A stretch of DNA of 64,000 bases. Origin: an uncultured Nitrosomonadales bacterium (GTDB lineage Bacteria; Pseudomonadota; Gammaproteobacteria; Burkholderiales; Gallionellaceae). The translations under genes were made by a program, and so were the position numbers. Positions 34,486 to 43,187 of this stretch are shown here, one piece after another. The notes beneath the pieces are model-generated. The model saw only the letters and a list, made by a program, of their open reading frames with translations. It was not told the DNA's origin and ran no database searches. The first letter of the stretch is position 1; every line of letters begins with the position of its first letter. The stretch is taken from contig CAIOKY010000075.1 of NCBI GenBank assembly GCA_903858965.1, positions 1,319-65,318 on the forward strand, in the 5' to 3' direction.

Positions 34486-34667
34486 AATGAAACTGGCGGT
34501 TGCGACACGGCGGTGTGCAACACTTTGGTGCGGGAGCAATCGTCGCCTCCCTTCCCGCAGCGGAAGGGTCGTTGCATGGCAGCGGGGCACACCAGCGTAC
34601 TCTTTGCGGGTGCACCGGATGCTACGCAACACCGTGTCCGGGCGGTCGACATGCTATGATTCAGTAC

Positions 34668-35837
34668 ATGGAATTCGATGTCGTGATCATAGGCGGGGGA
34701 TTGGTGGGAGCCAGTCTGGCTGCCGCCCTCAAGCACAGCGGGCTGTCGCTGGCGTTGGTGGAAAGCCAGCCCGAGCAAATGCTGTCTGACTACCATCCTG
34801 CGGATTGGGACAGCCGTATCTACGCGATCAGCCCGGGTAGCCGCGCTTTTCTTGAGCAATCCGGTGCGTGGTCCCTGCTGGATGCCGGCCGCATCGCAGC
34901 TGTCGAGGAGATGCGCGTGTTCGGCGATGCGGAATCGGAACTGGAATTCAGCGCCTATCAGATGGGCGTGGCAGAACTGGCGTGCATACTGGAAAACCGT
35001 GCGTTGCAGCATGCGCTCTGGCAGGTGTTGCAACAGCAGGAGAACTTGACCCTGTTCCAGCCGGTGCGTTGTGCCAGGCTACAATTTGCCAGCGATGCCG
35101 CGTCGCTTACGCTGGACGACGGCCGCACACTCAGTGCAAAGCTCATCGTGGGCGCGGATGGCCGCGACTCATGGGTACGCCAGCAGGCGGGCATCAGTGC
35201 CGCGCCGGTGGACTACCAGCAACATGCCGTGGTGGCAAATTTCTCCATTGACTTGCCGCATCGCGGTATCGCGTACCAATGGTTCCAGCCGGACGGTATC
35301 CTCGCGCTGCTGCCATTGCCCGGCAAACGTGTCTCTATGGTATGGTCTGTCGATCCCGAGAAGTCGGCGCGCTTGTTGGCGATGTCGCAAGATGAGTTGT
35401 GCGCACAAGTCACTGCAGCGTCTGGGCACATGCTGGGCAACCTGCAGTTCGTCACGCCGCCGGCGTCTTTTCCGTTGCGCCTGCTGGTGCTGCCGCAGAT
35501 CAGCGCGCCGCGTGTGGCACTGGTCGGAGATGCCGCGCACAACATGCACCCGTTGGCAGGGCAGGGTGTGAATACCGGCTTTCGCGATGCGCGCCAGCTG
35601 GCGCAGATACTCATGGAACGCGGCGCACAAAACGACTGCGGCGATGCGCAATTGCTGCGCCGCTATGAACGAAAACGCAAAGAAGATATCTATACAATGC
35701 AGGCGACGACCTACGGCCTGAAACATTTGTTCAACAATGAGGTTCCATTATTACGCAGTGTGCGCAATCTGGGTTTGAATGCAACCAACCGTATTGCCCC
35801 GCTGAAAAAGATGCTGATGCAACATGCGCTGAATTAA
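34668..35837 (+). CDS. UbiH/UbiF/VisC/COQ6-family FAD monooxygenase
   Basis: DVVIIGGGLVG, DSRIYAIS, LIVGADGRDS, VALVGDAAHNMHPLAGQGVNTGFRD. Confidence 0.93.
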   Translation: MEFDVVIIGGGLVGASLAAALKHSGLSLALVESQPEQMLSDYHPADWDSRIYAISPGSRAFLEQSGAWSLLDAGRIAAVEEMRVFGDAESELEFSAYQMGVAELACILENRALQHALWQVLQQQENLTLFQPVRCARLQFASDAASLTLDDGRTLSAKLIVGADGRDSWVRQQAGISAAPVDYQQHAVVANFSIDLPHRGIAYQWFQPDGILALLPLPGKRVSMVWSVDPEKSARLLAMSQDELCAQVTAASGHMLGNLQFVTPPASFPLRLLVLPQISAPRVALVGDAAHNMHPLAGQGVNTGFRDARQLAQILMERGAQNDCGDAQLLRRYERKRKEDIYTMQATTYGLKHLFNNEVPLLRSVRNLGLNATNRIAPLKKMLMQHALN

Positions 35838-35882
35838 CCGATTCGAATTAACTGGCCCGAATTATTTTAAAGAAAATACCCA

Positions 35883-36578
35883 ATGAAAATACTGATCACT
35901 TTATTCTTGTCCGTTTTGATGTCTGCCGCGCATGCCGGTGAAAATGAAATCCGGCAGTCGCTGCAAAGTAAATTTCCCAATGTCAAGGTCGAACATATCG
36001 TCAAAACACCCTATTCAGGTCTGTACGAGGTGGTCATCGACAATGATCTTTTTTACACCGATGCACAGGGGGAATATTTGTTTCAGGGCAACGTGATCGA
36101 AGCAAGAAGCCGCCGCGACCTGAGTGAAGAGCGCCGCCGCGTTTTGTTTGCGATCGATTTTGACAAGTTGCCGCTGGAGCTTGCGGTGAAGAAAGTCAAA
36201 GGCAACGGCAAACGCAAGCTGGCCATCTTTACCGATCCCAACTGCAGTTTCTGCAGGAAGCTGGAAAAAGAGTTGAGCCGGGTCAGCGATGTCACGGTAT
36301 ATTTCTTTATGTATCCGATCTTTCCCGGTTCCGACGAAATCGTGCGGAATGTGTTGTGTTCCAAGAATCCGGTCAAGGCATGGGACGACTGGATGCTCAG
36401 CGAGATCGCTCCTGCAAGAGCCACCTGCGCCACACAGACTGACAAGGTGATGGCCCTGGGCCAGAAACTCCATGTCAACGGCACGCCGAATCTGGTCTTC
36501 GCCAACGGGATGCAATCCCCGGGCTATTTGTCTGCGGCAGACCTGGAAAGAAATCTGAACGAAACCAGAAAACAATAG
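35883..36578 (+). CDS. dsbC: Thiol:disulfide isomerase DsbC
   Basis: Signal peptide, GLYEV, FTDPNCSFC, GTP cis-Pro loop. Confidence 0.93.
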   Translation: MKILITLFLSVLMSAAHAGENEIRQSLQSKFPNVKVEHIVKTPYSGLYEVVIDNDLFYTDAQGEYLFQGNVIEARSRRDLSEERRRVLFAIDFDKLPLELAVKKVKGNGKRKLAIFTDPNCSFCRKLEKELSRVSDVTVYFFMYPIFPGSDEIVRNVLCSKNPVKAWDDWMLSEIAPARATCATQTDKVMALGQKLHVNGTPNLVFANGMQSPGYLSAADLERNLNETRKQ

Positions 36579-36586
36579 AGAGCTCC

Positions 36587-37516
36587 ATGAACATTGCCGC
36601 GAGCAGTTCTCCCGAAGCGAATATTTCCCCGGACCTGTTGGCCAAGGCATTGAATCAATCGCGTGACAGTATCTTCATCGCCGATGTGCGCGGCCAGGAT
36701 ATTCCGCTGGTCTTCGTGAATGAGAGCTTTGAAAAATTGACCGGCTACACGCCCGGCGAGGTTATTGGCAAGAACTATCACCTCTTGTTCGGGGCCGATA
36801 CCGACCAGCCCGAAATAGCCTCGATTCGTGCCGCTGTTTCACAAGGCCGGGATTGCGCCATCACACTGCGCAATTACCGCAAGGATGGAGCGATGTTCTG
36901 GAGCCATCTCAGTATTTCGCCGGTGCATGATGCGGAAGGAACGCTGACTCATTTTATAGGCATCCAGAAAGATGCCGCCGGTGAGATGCAGCAGGAAAAT
37001 CGCTTGGGCAACTCGATTTATACCGACCCGCTGGTCGGGATCAGTAATCGCCGCCATTTCCAGGAACGGTTCGCCAACCTGCTGCGTGTCGCACAACGTA
37101 TCCACAGCGGAGTGTCGCTATTGATGATCGACCTGGATTACTTCAAGCCATTCAATGAACGCTATGGAAAACCGGCGGGAGATGATTGCTTGCGTATGGT
37201 AGGTGACTGCATCGCAAAGATATTCATCCGCTCGTCGGATTGCGTGGCGCGTTATAGCGGCGAAGAATTTGCCGTCGTGTCATTCTCATCGGGTGTTGAG
37301 GGGCTGCGCCAACATGCGCGCAGGCTGTGTGATCAAGTGCGCACACTCAATATCCCGCACAGTGATTCCCCGCATGGAGTGGTGACCATCAGCATCGGCG
37401 GTGTTCATCGATTGCCGAACCGGGATACCACAGAAGAGTTACTCATCGGACTGGCCAACCAGGAGCTGCTTTCCGCCAAGCGCGACGGACGCAACCGTGC
37501 GCACATCATTAGCTAA
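36587..37516 (+). CDS. PAS (LOV-like) diguanylate cyclase
   Basis: NYRKDG..FW..FIGIQ PAS; DPLVGISNRR, DLDYFKPFNERYG, RSSD I-site, RYSGEEF. Confidence 0.88.
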   Translation: MNIAASSSPEANISPDLLAKALNQSRDSIFIADVRGQDIPLVFVNESFEKLTGYTPGEVIGKNYHLLFGADTDQPEIASIRAAVSQGRDCAITLRNYRKDGAMFWSHLSISPVHDAEGTLTHFIGIQKDAAGEMQQENRLGNSIYTDPLVGISNRRHFQERFANLLRVAQRIHSGVSLLMIDLDYFKPFNERYGKPAGDDCLRMVGDCIAKIFIRSSDCVARYSGEEFAVVSFSSGVEGLRQHARRLCDQVRTLNIPHSDSPHGVVTISIGGVHRLPNRDTTEELLIGLANQELLSAKRDGRNRAHIIS

Positions 37517-37830
37517 CGGATAGGGTTAGGCACACCTGCGCACGGCGATACTTTCAGTTGTGGCTTTTTATGCGGATGCATATTTACAAAGCGACGTTTT
37601 CGGATAGTTAGTTGTATTAACACGGAACTTGGTAAGTGGCGGTGATGTGCCAATTAAGGGCAGGTCACGAAGTTCTGCTTTTGGGTGCCGAATTTGCTAC
37701 TACGAAGTCCTGCCCGATTGAACTATTCAATTTGCCAGGTGCATGGCCGTTCATCATTGCCCGAATGGACTATTGACATATTGGTTTCGCTGCATCAATC
37801 TACGCGCACCTTTCAGGGAGCCAAACAAGA

Positions 37831-38514
37831 ATGAATATCTATCCTCTAGCTTCTCGTTTCATCACTTTAATTGCAGCCACTCTTGGAATTGTGTTTTCAT
37901 TGGGGGCAAATGCAGCTGTTGGTCTTTATAACACTGGTGTAGATGACAATAACAATGTGCTTGCGCTGGGAGCGATCGACACACACTACACCGTGAACCC
38001 GGGCACTAATACTTTTTCAACCAACTACCCTGAAGGGTGTGGCGCGGGCTATTGGTTGGCGCCTAATGCAACTTCAGGTTGGATAACTCCATTGTTAGGG
38101 TCAGGCAATACGGCATCAGGTAGTGCCGGGCTTGCTTACACTTACCAAACAACGTTTAATCTTACCGGAATTAATTTTTCCTCACTGGTGATTAATGGCA
38201 AAGTTACTGCTGATAATGGAATCTCTGACATCTTAATCAATGGCATCAGCACTGGATTTCAGTATGGTGGCCCAAATGCGGGGACGTATAGTACTTTCGC
38301 AGATTTCACGATCGGAAGCGGTTTTCATTCGGGAATAAATACGTTGACTTTTGACGTGATCAACGGTGGTGGGCCGACCGGACTCCGCACCGACTTCAGT
38401 GGTACGACATTTATAGCAGCAGTACCGGAACCCTCAACATACGCCATGATGCTGGTTGGTTTAGGTCTGGTGGGTTTTGCGATACTACGAAAGAAACAGT
38501 ATCTCGTCGTGTAA
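37831..38514 (+). CDS. PEP-CTERM sorting domain protein
   Basis: Signal peptide; C-terminal AVPEPSTYAMMLVGLGLVGFAILRKK (PEP motif, TM helix, basic tail). Confidence 0.95.
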   Translation: MNIYPLASRFITLIAATLGIVFSLGANAAVGLYNTGVDDNNNVLALGAIDTHYTVNPGTNTFSTNYPEGCGAGYWLAPNATSGWITPLLGSGNTASGSAGLAYTYQTTFNLTGINFSSLVINGKVTADNGISDILINGISTGFQYGGPNAGTYSTFADFTIGSGFHSGINTLTFDVINGGGPTGLRTDFSGTTFIAAVPEPSTYAMMLVGLGLVGFAILRKKQYLVV

Positions 38515-38535
38515 TGCAATTCATGTGCGAATCAG

Positions 38536-38566
38536 AACGGGGGCTTAGGCTCCCGTTTCCTTTTTT
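38536..38566 (+). terminator. Rho-independent terminator of the PEP-CTERM gene
   Basis: aacgggggc-ttag-gctcccgtt hairpin followed by tcctttttt. Confidence 0.8.
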
Positions 38567-38933
38567 AAAAGCCCCCGAATTTCACGAAGGTCTGATTTTA
38601 GGTGTCGTATTTCATGCCATAAATTCTGCTCGTGCCGAAAGGCGCATTCAGAGTTTTAGAGAAGACTCGCCTAGTGCTGTGTGCCACGCTGCGCAACTGG
38701 TGATTTAGCCCGCAAGAATATCCCGCTCGAGTGTTTCGGAATATGTGACCAAGCTATATATCAAAGTAAATTGTTGCTTACTTTTAAGATCAATAACCAT
38801 GAATCCTTCAATACTTTATGGTTATTATCCAAGTGTTTTACTTTGGTATTTCATGATAAAGTTCTCTCGGCTTTAAATGAGAAATCACGACAAGCGGACT
38901 TAACTTTTCAATCAACATTTAAGGGAGTTTAAT

Positions 38934-39035
38934 GTGGGTATTATCATGGTCATCGGATTGCCGTTGTTTGCAGCTTTAGTCATCCTTATGGAGGACAGGA
39001 GGGTAATCCGCGAAAGAAACGAAAGTAAGAAATAA
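38934..39035 (+). CDS. Putative 33-aa small membrane protein
   Basis: AAGGGAG RBS, GTG start; VGIIMVIGLPLFAALVILMEDRRVIRERNESKK; below the ORF-track cutoff. Confidence 0.45.
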   Translation: MGIIMVIGLPLFAALVILMEDRRVIRERNESKK

Positions 39036-39051
39036 ACGCTATTTCCTTTAA

Positions 39052-39074
39052 CACCCCCGATAGTTTTGGGGGTG
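39052..39074. terminator. Hairpin between the small ORF and the convergent mltA
   Basis: caccccc-N9-gggggtg perfect 7-bp stem; no clear U-tract immediately after it. Confidence 0.4.
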
Positions 39075-39314
39075 CATCAAAACTTCGGTGCCCGCGCCGA
39101 AAACGCTCCACCAAAACCAGTCGAATCAATATTTAGAAGACTGATAAATCCTCGCTCGTTTCTGTATCTACGGTTTGTCGCAGAGCAATAGTCGAAACTT
39201 TCCAATTGCTGGAGTTCGATCTTTGTCGACAGATGCCGTTACATTTTCTAAATTGATGGTCAAGAGCTCCCCATTGGGATGAGTATCGGGCATCGCTTGA
39301 TGGCGAAACGGTAT

Positions 39315-40463
39315 TTACGGACCCAGTGCCGGTTCGGCGCCTTTGGGAAACAGCACCCACATCTGGCCGGGCTGCTTCATCCGTCCTGCCTGAGTTCCGG
39401 CCTGATCGCCAAAACCCCAGAAGAAGTCGCCACGCACCGCACCCTTGATCGCGCCGCCGGTATCCTGTGCCAGCATCAGGCGATTCAACGGCTCAGTCGT
39501 GTTCGGATAAGTGGTGGAGAGGAACACCGGCGCACCGAGCGGAATGGTGTGTGTATCCACTGCGAGGCTGTACTCATTGGTCAAAGGCACGCCCAATGCA
39601 CCCAGCGGCGAGGGAAGATTGTTGGGCAATTCACGGAAGAACACATAGCTGGGATTTTGCTCGAGCAGGGTGTCCAGCTTGTCGGGATGCTGCTCGGCCC
39701 AAAGCTTGATGTTCTGCATTGAGGATTCCTCGAGCTTGAACGCGCCCATGTCGACCAGTTTCTTGCCGATGGAATTGTATGGATGACCGTTCTGTTCGGC
39801 ATACCCGACTTTCACCAGGCTGCCGTCAGGTAATTCGATGCGCCCCGAACCCTGTATCTGCAGGAAGAACAGGTCGACCGCATTGTCCACCCAGAACAGC
39901 TCGCGTCCCTGTAGCGGCGCCTTGCCGTTGTCGATCTCGCTGCGATTGTAATAAGGCACGACACGGTTGCCTTGCAGGCGTCCGCGCAAACGTAAATCCT
40001 TCAATTGCGGATATGCATCGCTCAAATCGATGGTCAGAAGATCATCCGGCGGGGCATACAGCGGATAACGGAAGCGGGCGGTCTTGACCCGGCTGCCGTA
40101 AAGCTTGGGCTCGTAATAGCCGGTGATCAAGCCCTGCGAAGTACCATCCGGGTTGTAAACTTGGTAAGGCGTAAAGCCCTGCTCAAAAAAATTGTGCAAG
40201 GAATTATTGTCAGGCTGTGTCAATTCGTTGGCGCGCAGGCATACAGTTTGCCAACCGGGCTTGTTCTTCAGCGCGTTGCAGCTTTGCCAGAAGGCGCCCC
40301 ATGTGGGCTGCAGATCGATTGTGCGCCAGTCCGGCAGCACCTCCCATTTGCTGACTGCAAACGGCGAGTAGGGCGCAGTGGATAAGGGCGGCGTGACGGA
40401 CAGTTTGGGTGAGGTACAGGCGACAAGCAGAATCAGCGGCAGCAGTATGGAACGCAGCGGCAA
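39315..40463 (-). CDS. mltA: Membrane-bound lytic murein transglycosylase A
   Basis: LVAC lipobox, LITGYYEP, LFFLQIQGSG, NPSYVFF, SLAVD, AQDTGGAIKG, RGDFFWG; start codon uncertain (TTG 40463 assumed). Confidence 0.93.
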   Translation of the reverse strand: MPLRSILLPLILLVACTSPKLSVTPPLSTAPYSPFAVSKWEVLPDWRTIDLQPTWGAFWQSCNALKNKPGWQTVCLRANELTQPDNNSLHNFFEQGFTPYQVYNPDGTSQGLITGYYEPKLYGSRVKTARFRYPLYAPPDDLLTIDLSDAYPQLKDLRLRGRLQGNRVVPYYNRSEIDNGKAPLQGRELFWVDNAVDLFFLQIQGSGRIELPDGSLVKVGYAEQNGHPYNSIGKKLVDMGAFKLEESSMQNIKLWAEQHPDKLDTLLEQNPSYVFFRELPNNLPSPLGALGVPLTNEYSLAVDTHTIPLGAPVFLSTTYPNTTEPLNRLMLAQDTGGAIKGAVRGDFFWGFGDQAGTQAGRMKQPGQMWVLFPKGAEPALGP

Positions 40464-40530
40464 ACCCTGATTTGCGGAGATCTTTGTGCCCTGAGGGTGA
40501 GTTGCCGCCACCGCGTTGATCAATAATTTG

Positions 40531-40914
40531 CTAATGCAAAACACGCGGCACACTCAACACGAATTGCGGGATCTCGACTTCGAACTCCGTACCATCTTCG
40601 GCTTGCATCTGGTAGCTGCCGCGCATCGTGCCCACCTGAGTGGTCAGCACGGTGCCGCTGGTATATTCGAAGCTCTGGCTGGGTTTGAGTAAGGGCTGCT
40701 CGCCCACCACGCCCTGCCCGCGCACTTCCTGTACATGGTTATGCGCGTCGGTGATGATCCAGTGGCGGCTGATGAGTTTGGCGGTCGCGGTACCGAGATT
40801 GGTGATGTTGATGGTGTAGGAAAACACGAAACGGTTGCCCGCTTCATCGGATTGTTCCGGCAGGTAGTTCACCTGCGTCTGGATGACGACACCATGTTGA
40901 ACGATTTCTTTCAT
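40531..40914 (-). CDS. apaG: ApaG domain protein
   Basis: FVFSYTINITN, LISRHWIITD, VRGQGVVGEQP, FEYTSG, GTMRGSYQM. Confidence 0.96.
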   Translation of the reverse strand: MKEIVQHGVVIQTQVNYLPEQSDEAGNRFVFSYTINITNLGTATAKLISRHWIITDAHNHVQEVRGQGVVGEQPLLKPSQSFEYTSGTVLTTQVGTMRGSYQMQAEDGTEFEVEIPQFVLSVPRVLH

Positions 40915-41022
40915 GCGCGGCATTTGAACCGATTTTTGCTTATGTCGCAAGGGTTTCGCAGTGTTTTTGTGCTAATCTTTGCGCGTCATTTTCAGGGCGC
41001 TAATTTTTCAGTCGGCAAAATC

Positions 41023-42540
41023 ATGGACGGATATTTAAAAAGAATTCTCAACGCGCGCGTCTACGACGTGGCGATCGAAACCCCGCTGGAGCTTGCGCCC
41101 AACCTGTCGGCGCGCATCGGCAATACGGTGTTGCTCAAGCGCGAGGACATGCAGCAGGTTTTTTCCTTCAAGCTGCGCGGGGCATATAACAAGATGGCAC
41201 AACTTACCCCCAAGCAACTCAAGCTCGGCGTAGTCACCGCCTCGGCCGGCAATCATGCGCAGGGCGTGGCACTGGCCGCGCAAAAAATCGGCTGCAAGGC
41301 AGTGATCGTGATGCCCACCACGACACCCCAGGTCAAGGTCGATGCGGTTAAGCATTTTGGCCAGCGCGCGGTGGAAAGTGTGTTGTACGGAGACAGTTAT
41401 AGCGACGCTTACAGCCATGCGCTGGAGCTTGAGAAAAAGCACCATTTCACCTTCGTCCATCCGTTTAACGATCCCGATGTGATCGCCGGGCAAGGTACGA
41501 TAGGCATGGAAATATTACGCCAGCATCAGGCGGCTATCCACGCGATCTTCGTTCCCGTCGGCGGTGGCGGACTGATCGCGGGCGTGGCGGCTTACGTCAA
41601 ACAGGTTCGTCCCGACATAAAAGTCATTGGCGTTCAATCCACCGATTCGGATGCGATGTACCGCTCGCTCAAAGCCAAGAAACGCATTCAATTGGCCGAT
41701 GTCGGCTTGTTCGCGGACGGAACGGCGGTCAAGCAGGTCGGTGAAGAGACTCTGCGCATCTGCAAAAAATTCGTGGATGAGATCGTGCTCGTCGACACCG
41801 ATGCCGTGTGTGCGGCGATCAAGGACATGTTCCAGGACACGCGCTCCATCCTTGAACCATCAGGTGCGCTTGCCGTTGCGGGCGCCAAGCTGTATGCCGC
41901 ACGCGAAAAGCTAAAAGGCGAAACTTTGGTCGCCATCGCCAGCGGTGCGAACATGAATTTCGACCGCCTGCGTTTTGTTGCAGAACGCGCCGAGATCGGC
42001 GAAAGGCGCGAGGCGATATTGGCTGTCACGATCCCCGAGACGCCCGGCAGCTTCCGCAAATTCTGCGCTCTGCTCGGCAAGCGTAACATCACCGAATTCA
42101 ACTACCGTTATGATGATCCGAAGGCGGCGCATGTGTTCGTCGGTATCCAGGTGCGCGACCAGCAGGAAACCACAGCACTGGTGGACAAGTTGCAGCGCAA
42201 CAAATTGGCCACGCTGAACCTGAGCGACAACGAAATGGCCAAGCTGCATTTGCGCCATCTGGTCGGCGGACACGCGCCGGAAGTCAAGGATGAGATCATG
42301 TTCCGCTTTGAGTTTCCCGAACGTCCGGGTGCGTTGATGTTGTTCCTCAACAGCATGAGCAGCAACTGGAACATTAGCCTGTTTCATTACCGTAACCACG
42401 GCGCGGATTACGGCCGCGTACTGGTCGGCATGCAAGTGCCGCATCACGATAAGAAGGCGCTCAAGACTTTCCTCGACACACTCGGATACCGCTATTGGGA
42501 CGAGAGCAGCAATCCGGCGTACCGCTTGTTTTTGGGTTAA
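41023..42540 (+). CDS. ilvA: Biosynthetic threonine ammonia-lyase
   Basis: LKREDMQQVFSFKLRGAYN, ASAGNHAQGVA, GGGGL, two ACT-like domains (PETPGSF, FPERPGAL). Confidence 0.98.
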   Translation: MDGYLKRILNARVYDVAIETPLELAPNLSARIGNTVLLKREDMQQVFSFKLRGAYNKMAQLTPKQLKLGVVTASAGNHAQGVALAAQKIGCKAVIVMPTTTPQVKVDAVKHFGQRAVESVLYGDSYSDAYSHALELEKKHHFTFVHPFNDPDVIAGQGTIGMEILRQHQAAIHAIFVPVGGGGLIAGVAAYVKQVRPDIKVIGVQSTDSDAMYRSLKAKKRIQLADVGLFADGTAVKQVGEETLRICKKFVDEIVLVDTDAVCAAIKDMFQDTRSILEPSGALAVAGAKLYAAREKLKGETLVAIASGANMNFDRLRFVAERAEIGERREAILAVTIPETPGSFRKFCALLGKRNITEFNYRYDDPKAAHVFVGIQVRDQQETTALVDKLQRNKLATLNLSDNEMAKLHLRHLVGGHAPEVKDEIMFRFEFPERPGALMLFLNSMSSNWNISLFHYRNHGADYGRVLVGMQVPHHDKKALKTFLDTLGYRYWDESSNPAYRLFLG

Positions 42541-42546
42541 GTGACC

Positions 42547-43143
42547 ATGCCGGCTCCGCCGCAAATGATCAAACTCGCCATACGCAAACAACTCCTTGCT
42601 CTGCGCGAGCAGCTTCCTGGTGACATACGTGCGGCATACAGCGCGGCGATCAGCGCGCGTATCGCCAAACTGGAAACATACCGGCAGGCCAATGTTGTGT
42701 TGGGTTACATGAACTTCGGTGCCGAGTTTACCAGCGAACTTTGGGTAAAACAGGCGCTGGCAGACGGCAAGAAACTGGCCTTGCCACGGGTGAACCGGCA
42801 CACCAATCAGCTCGATCTGTATTGGGTGGACGATCTGGAAAACCAGCTGGAACCGGGATTGTGGGGGATACGCGAACCTGTCGTTGAACGTTGTGAGCGG
42901 CTGACCATGCTAAATGAGGTAGAATTCGCACTTTTACCGGGGGTGGCTTTCGGCAGGAATGGCGCGCGGCTGGGCTACGGTGGCGGTTTTTACGACAAGC
43001 TGCTCGCTAATATAACGCATCGGCCCGCGTTGGTCGTGGCAGCCTTTGCGCTACAGATCGTCGAACATATTCCGCAGGAAACAACCGATGTGAAAGTCGA
43101 GTGGATCATCACCGAGCAGGAAACGATCGCTTGCCCTGGATAA
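42547..43143 (+). CDS. ygfA: 5-formyltetrahydrofolate cyclo-ligase
   Basis: GIREP, LLPGVAF, RLGYGGGFYD. Confidence 0.93.
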   Translation: MPAPPQMIKLAIRKQLLALREQLPGDIRAAYSAAISARIAKLETYRQANVVLGYMNFGAEFTSELWVKQALADGKKLALPRVNRHTNQLDLYWVDDLENQLEPGLWGIREPVVERCERLTMLNEVEFALLPGVAFGRNGARLGYGGGFYDKLLANITHRPALVVAAFALQIVEHIPQETTDVKVEWIITEQETIACPG

Positions 43144-43187
43144 GGGAACTCCCGAAAATTACGCTGCAATAATTGAGAGATAGATAG

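Noticed and set aside
34500-34642. Cobalamin or c-di-GMP riboswitch for dusB
   Set aside because: Only scattered short matches (GGGAAGG, GCAAA) in the wrong order, and they lie upstream of the apparent -10 box.
39168-39293. 41-aa ORF downstream of mltA (MPDTHPNGELL...)
   Set aside because: No RBS, no recognisable motif and no hydrophobic or signal character.
42520-42550. 6S RNA (ssrS) upstream of ygfA
   Set aside because: The ilvA stop is 6 bp from the ygfA ATG, leaving no room.
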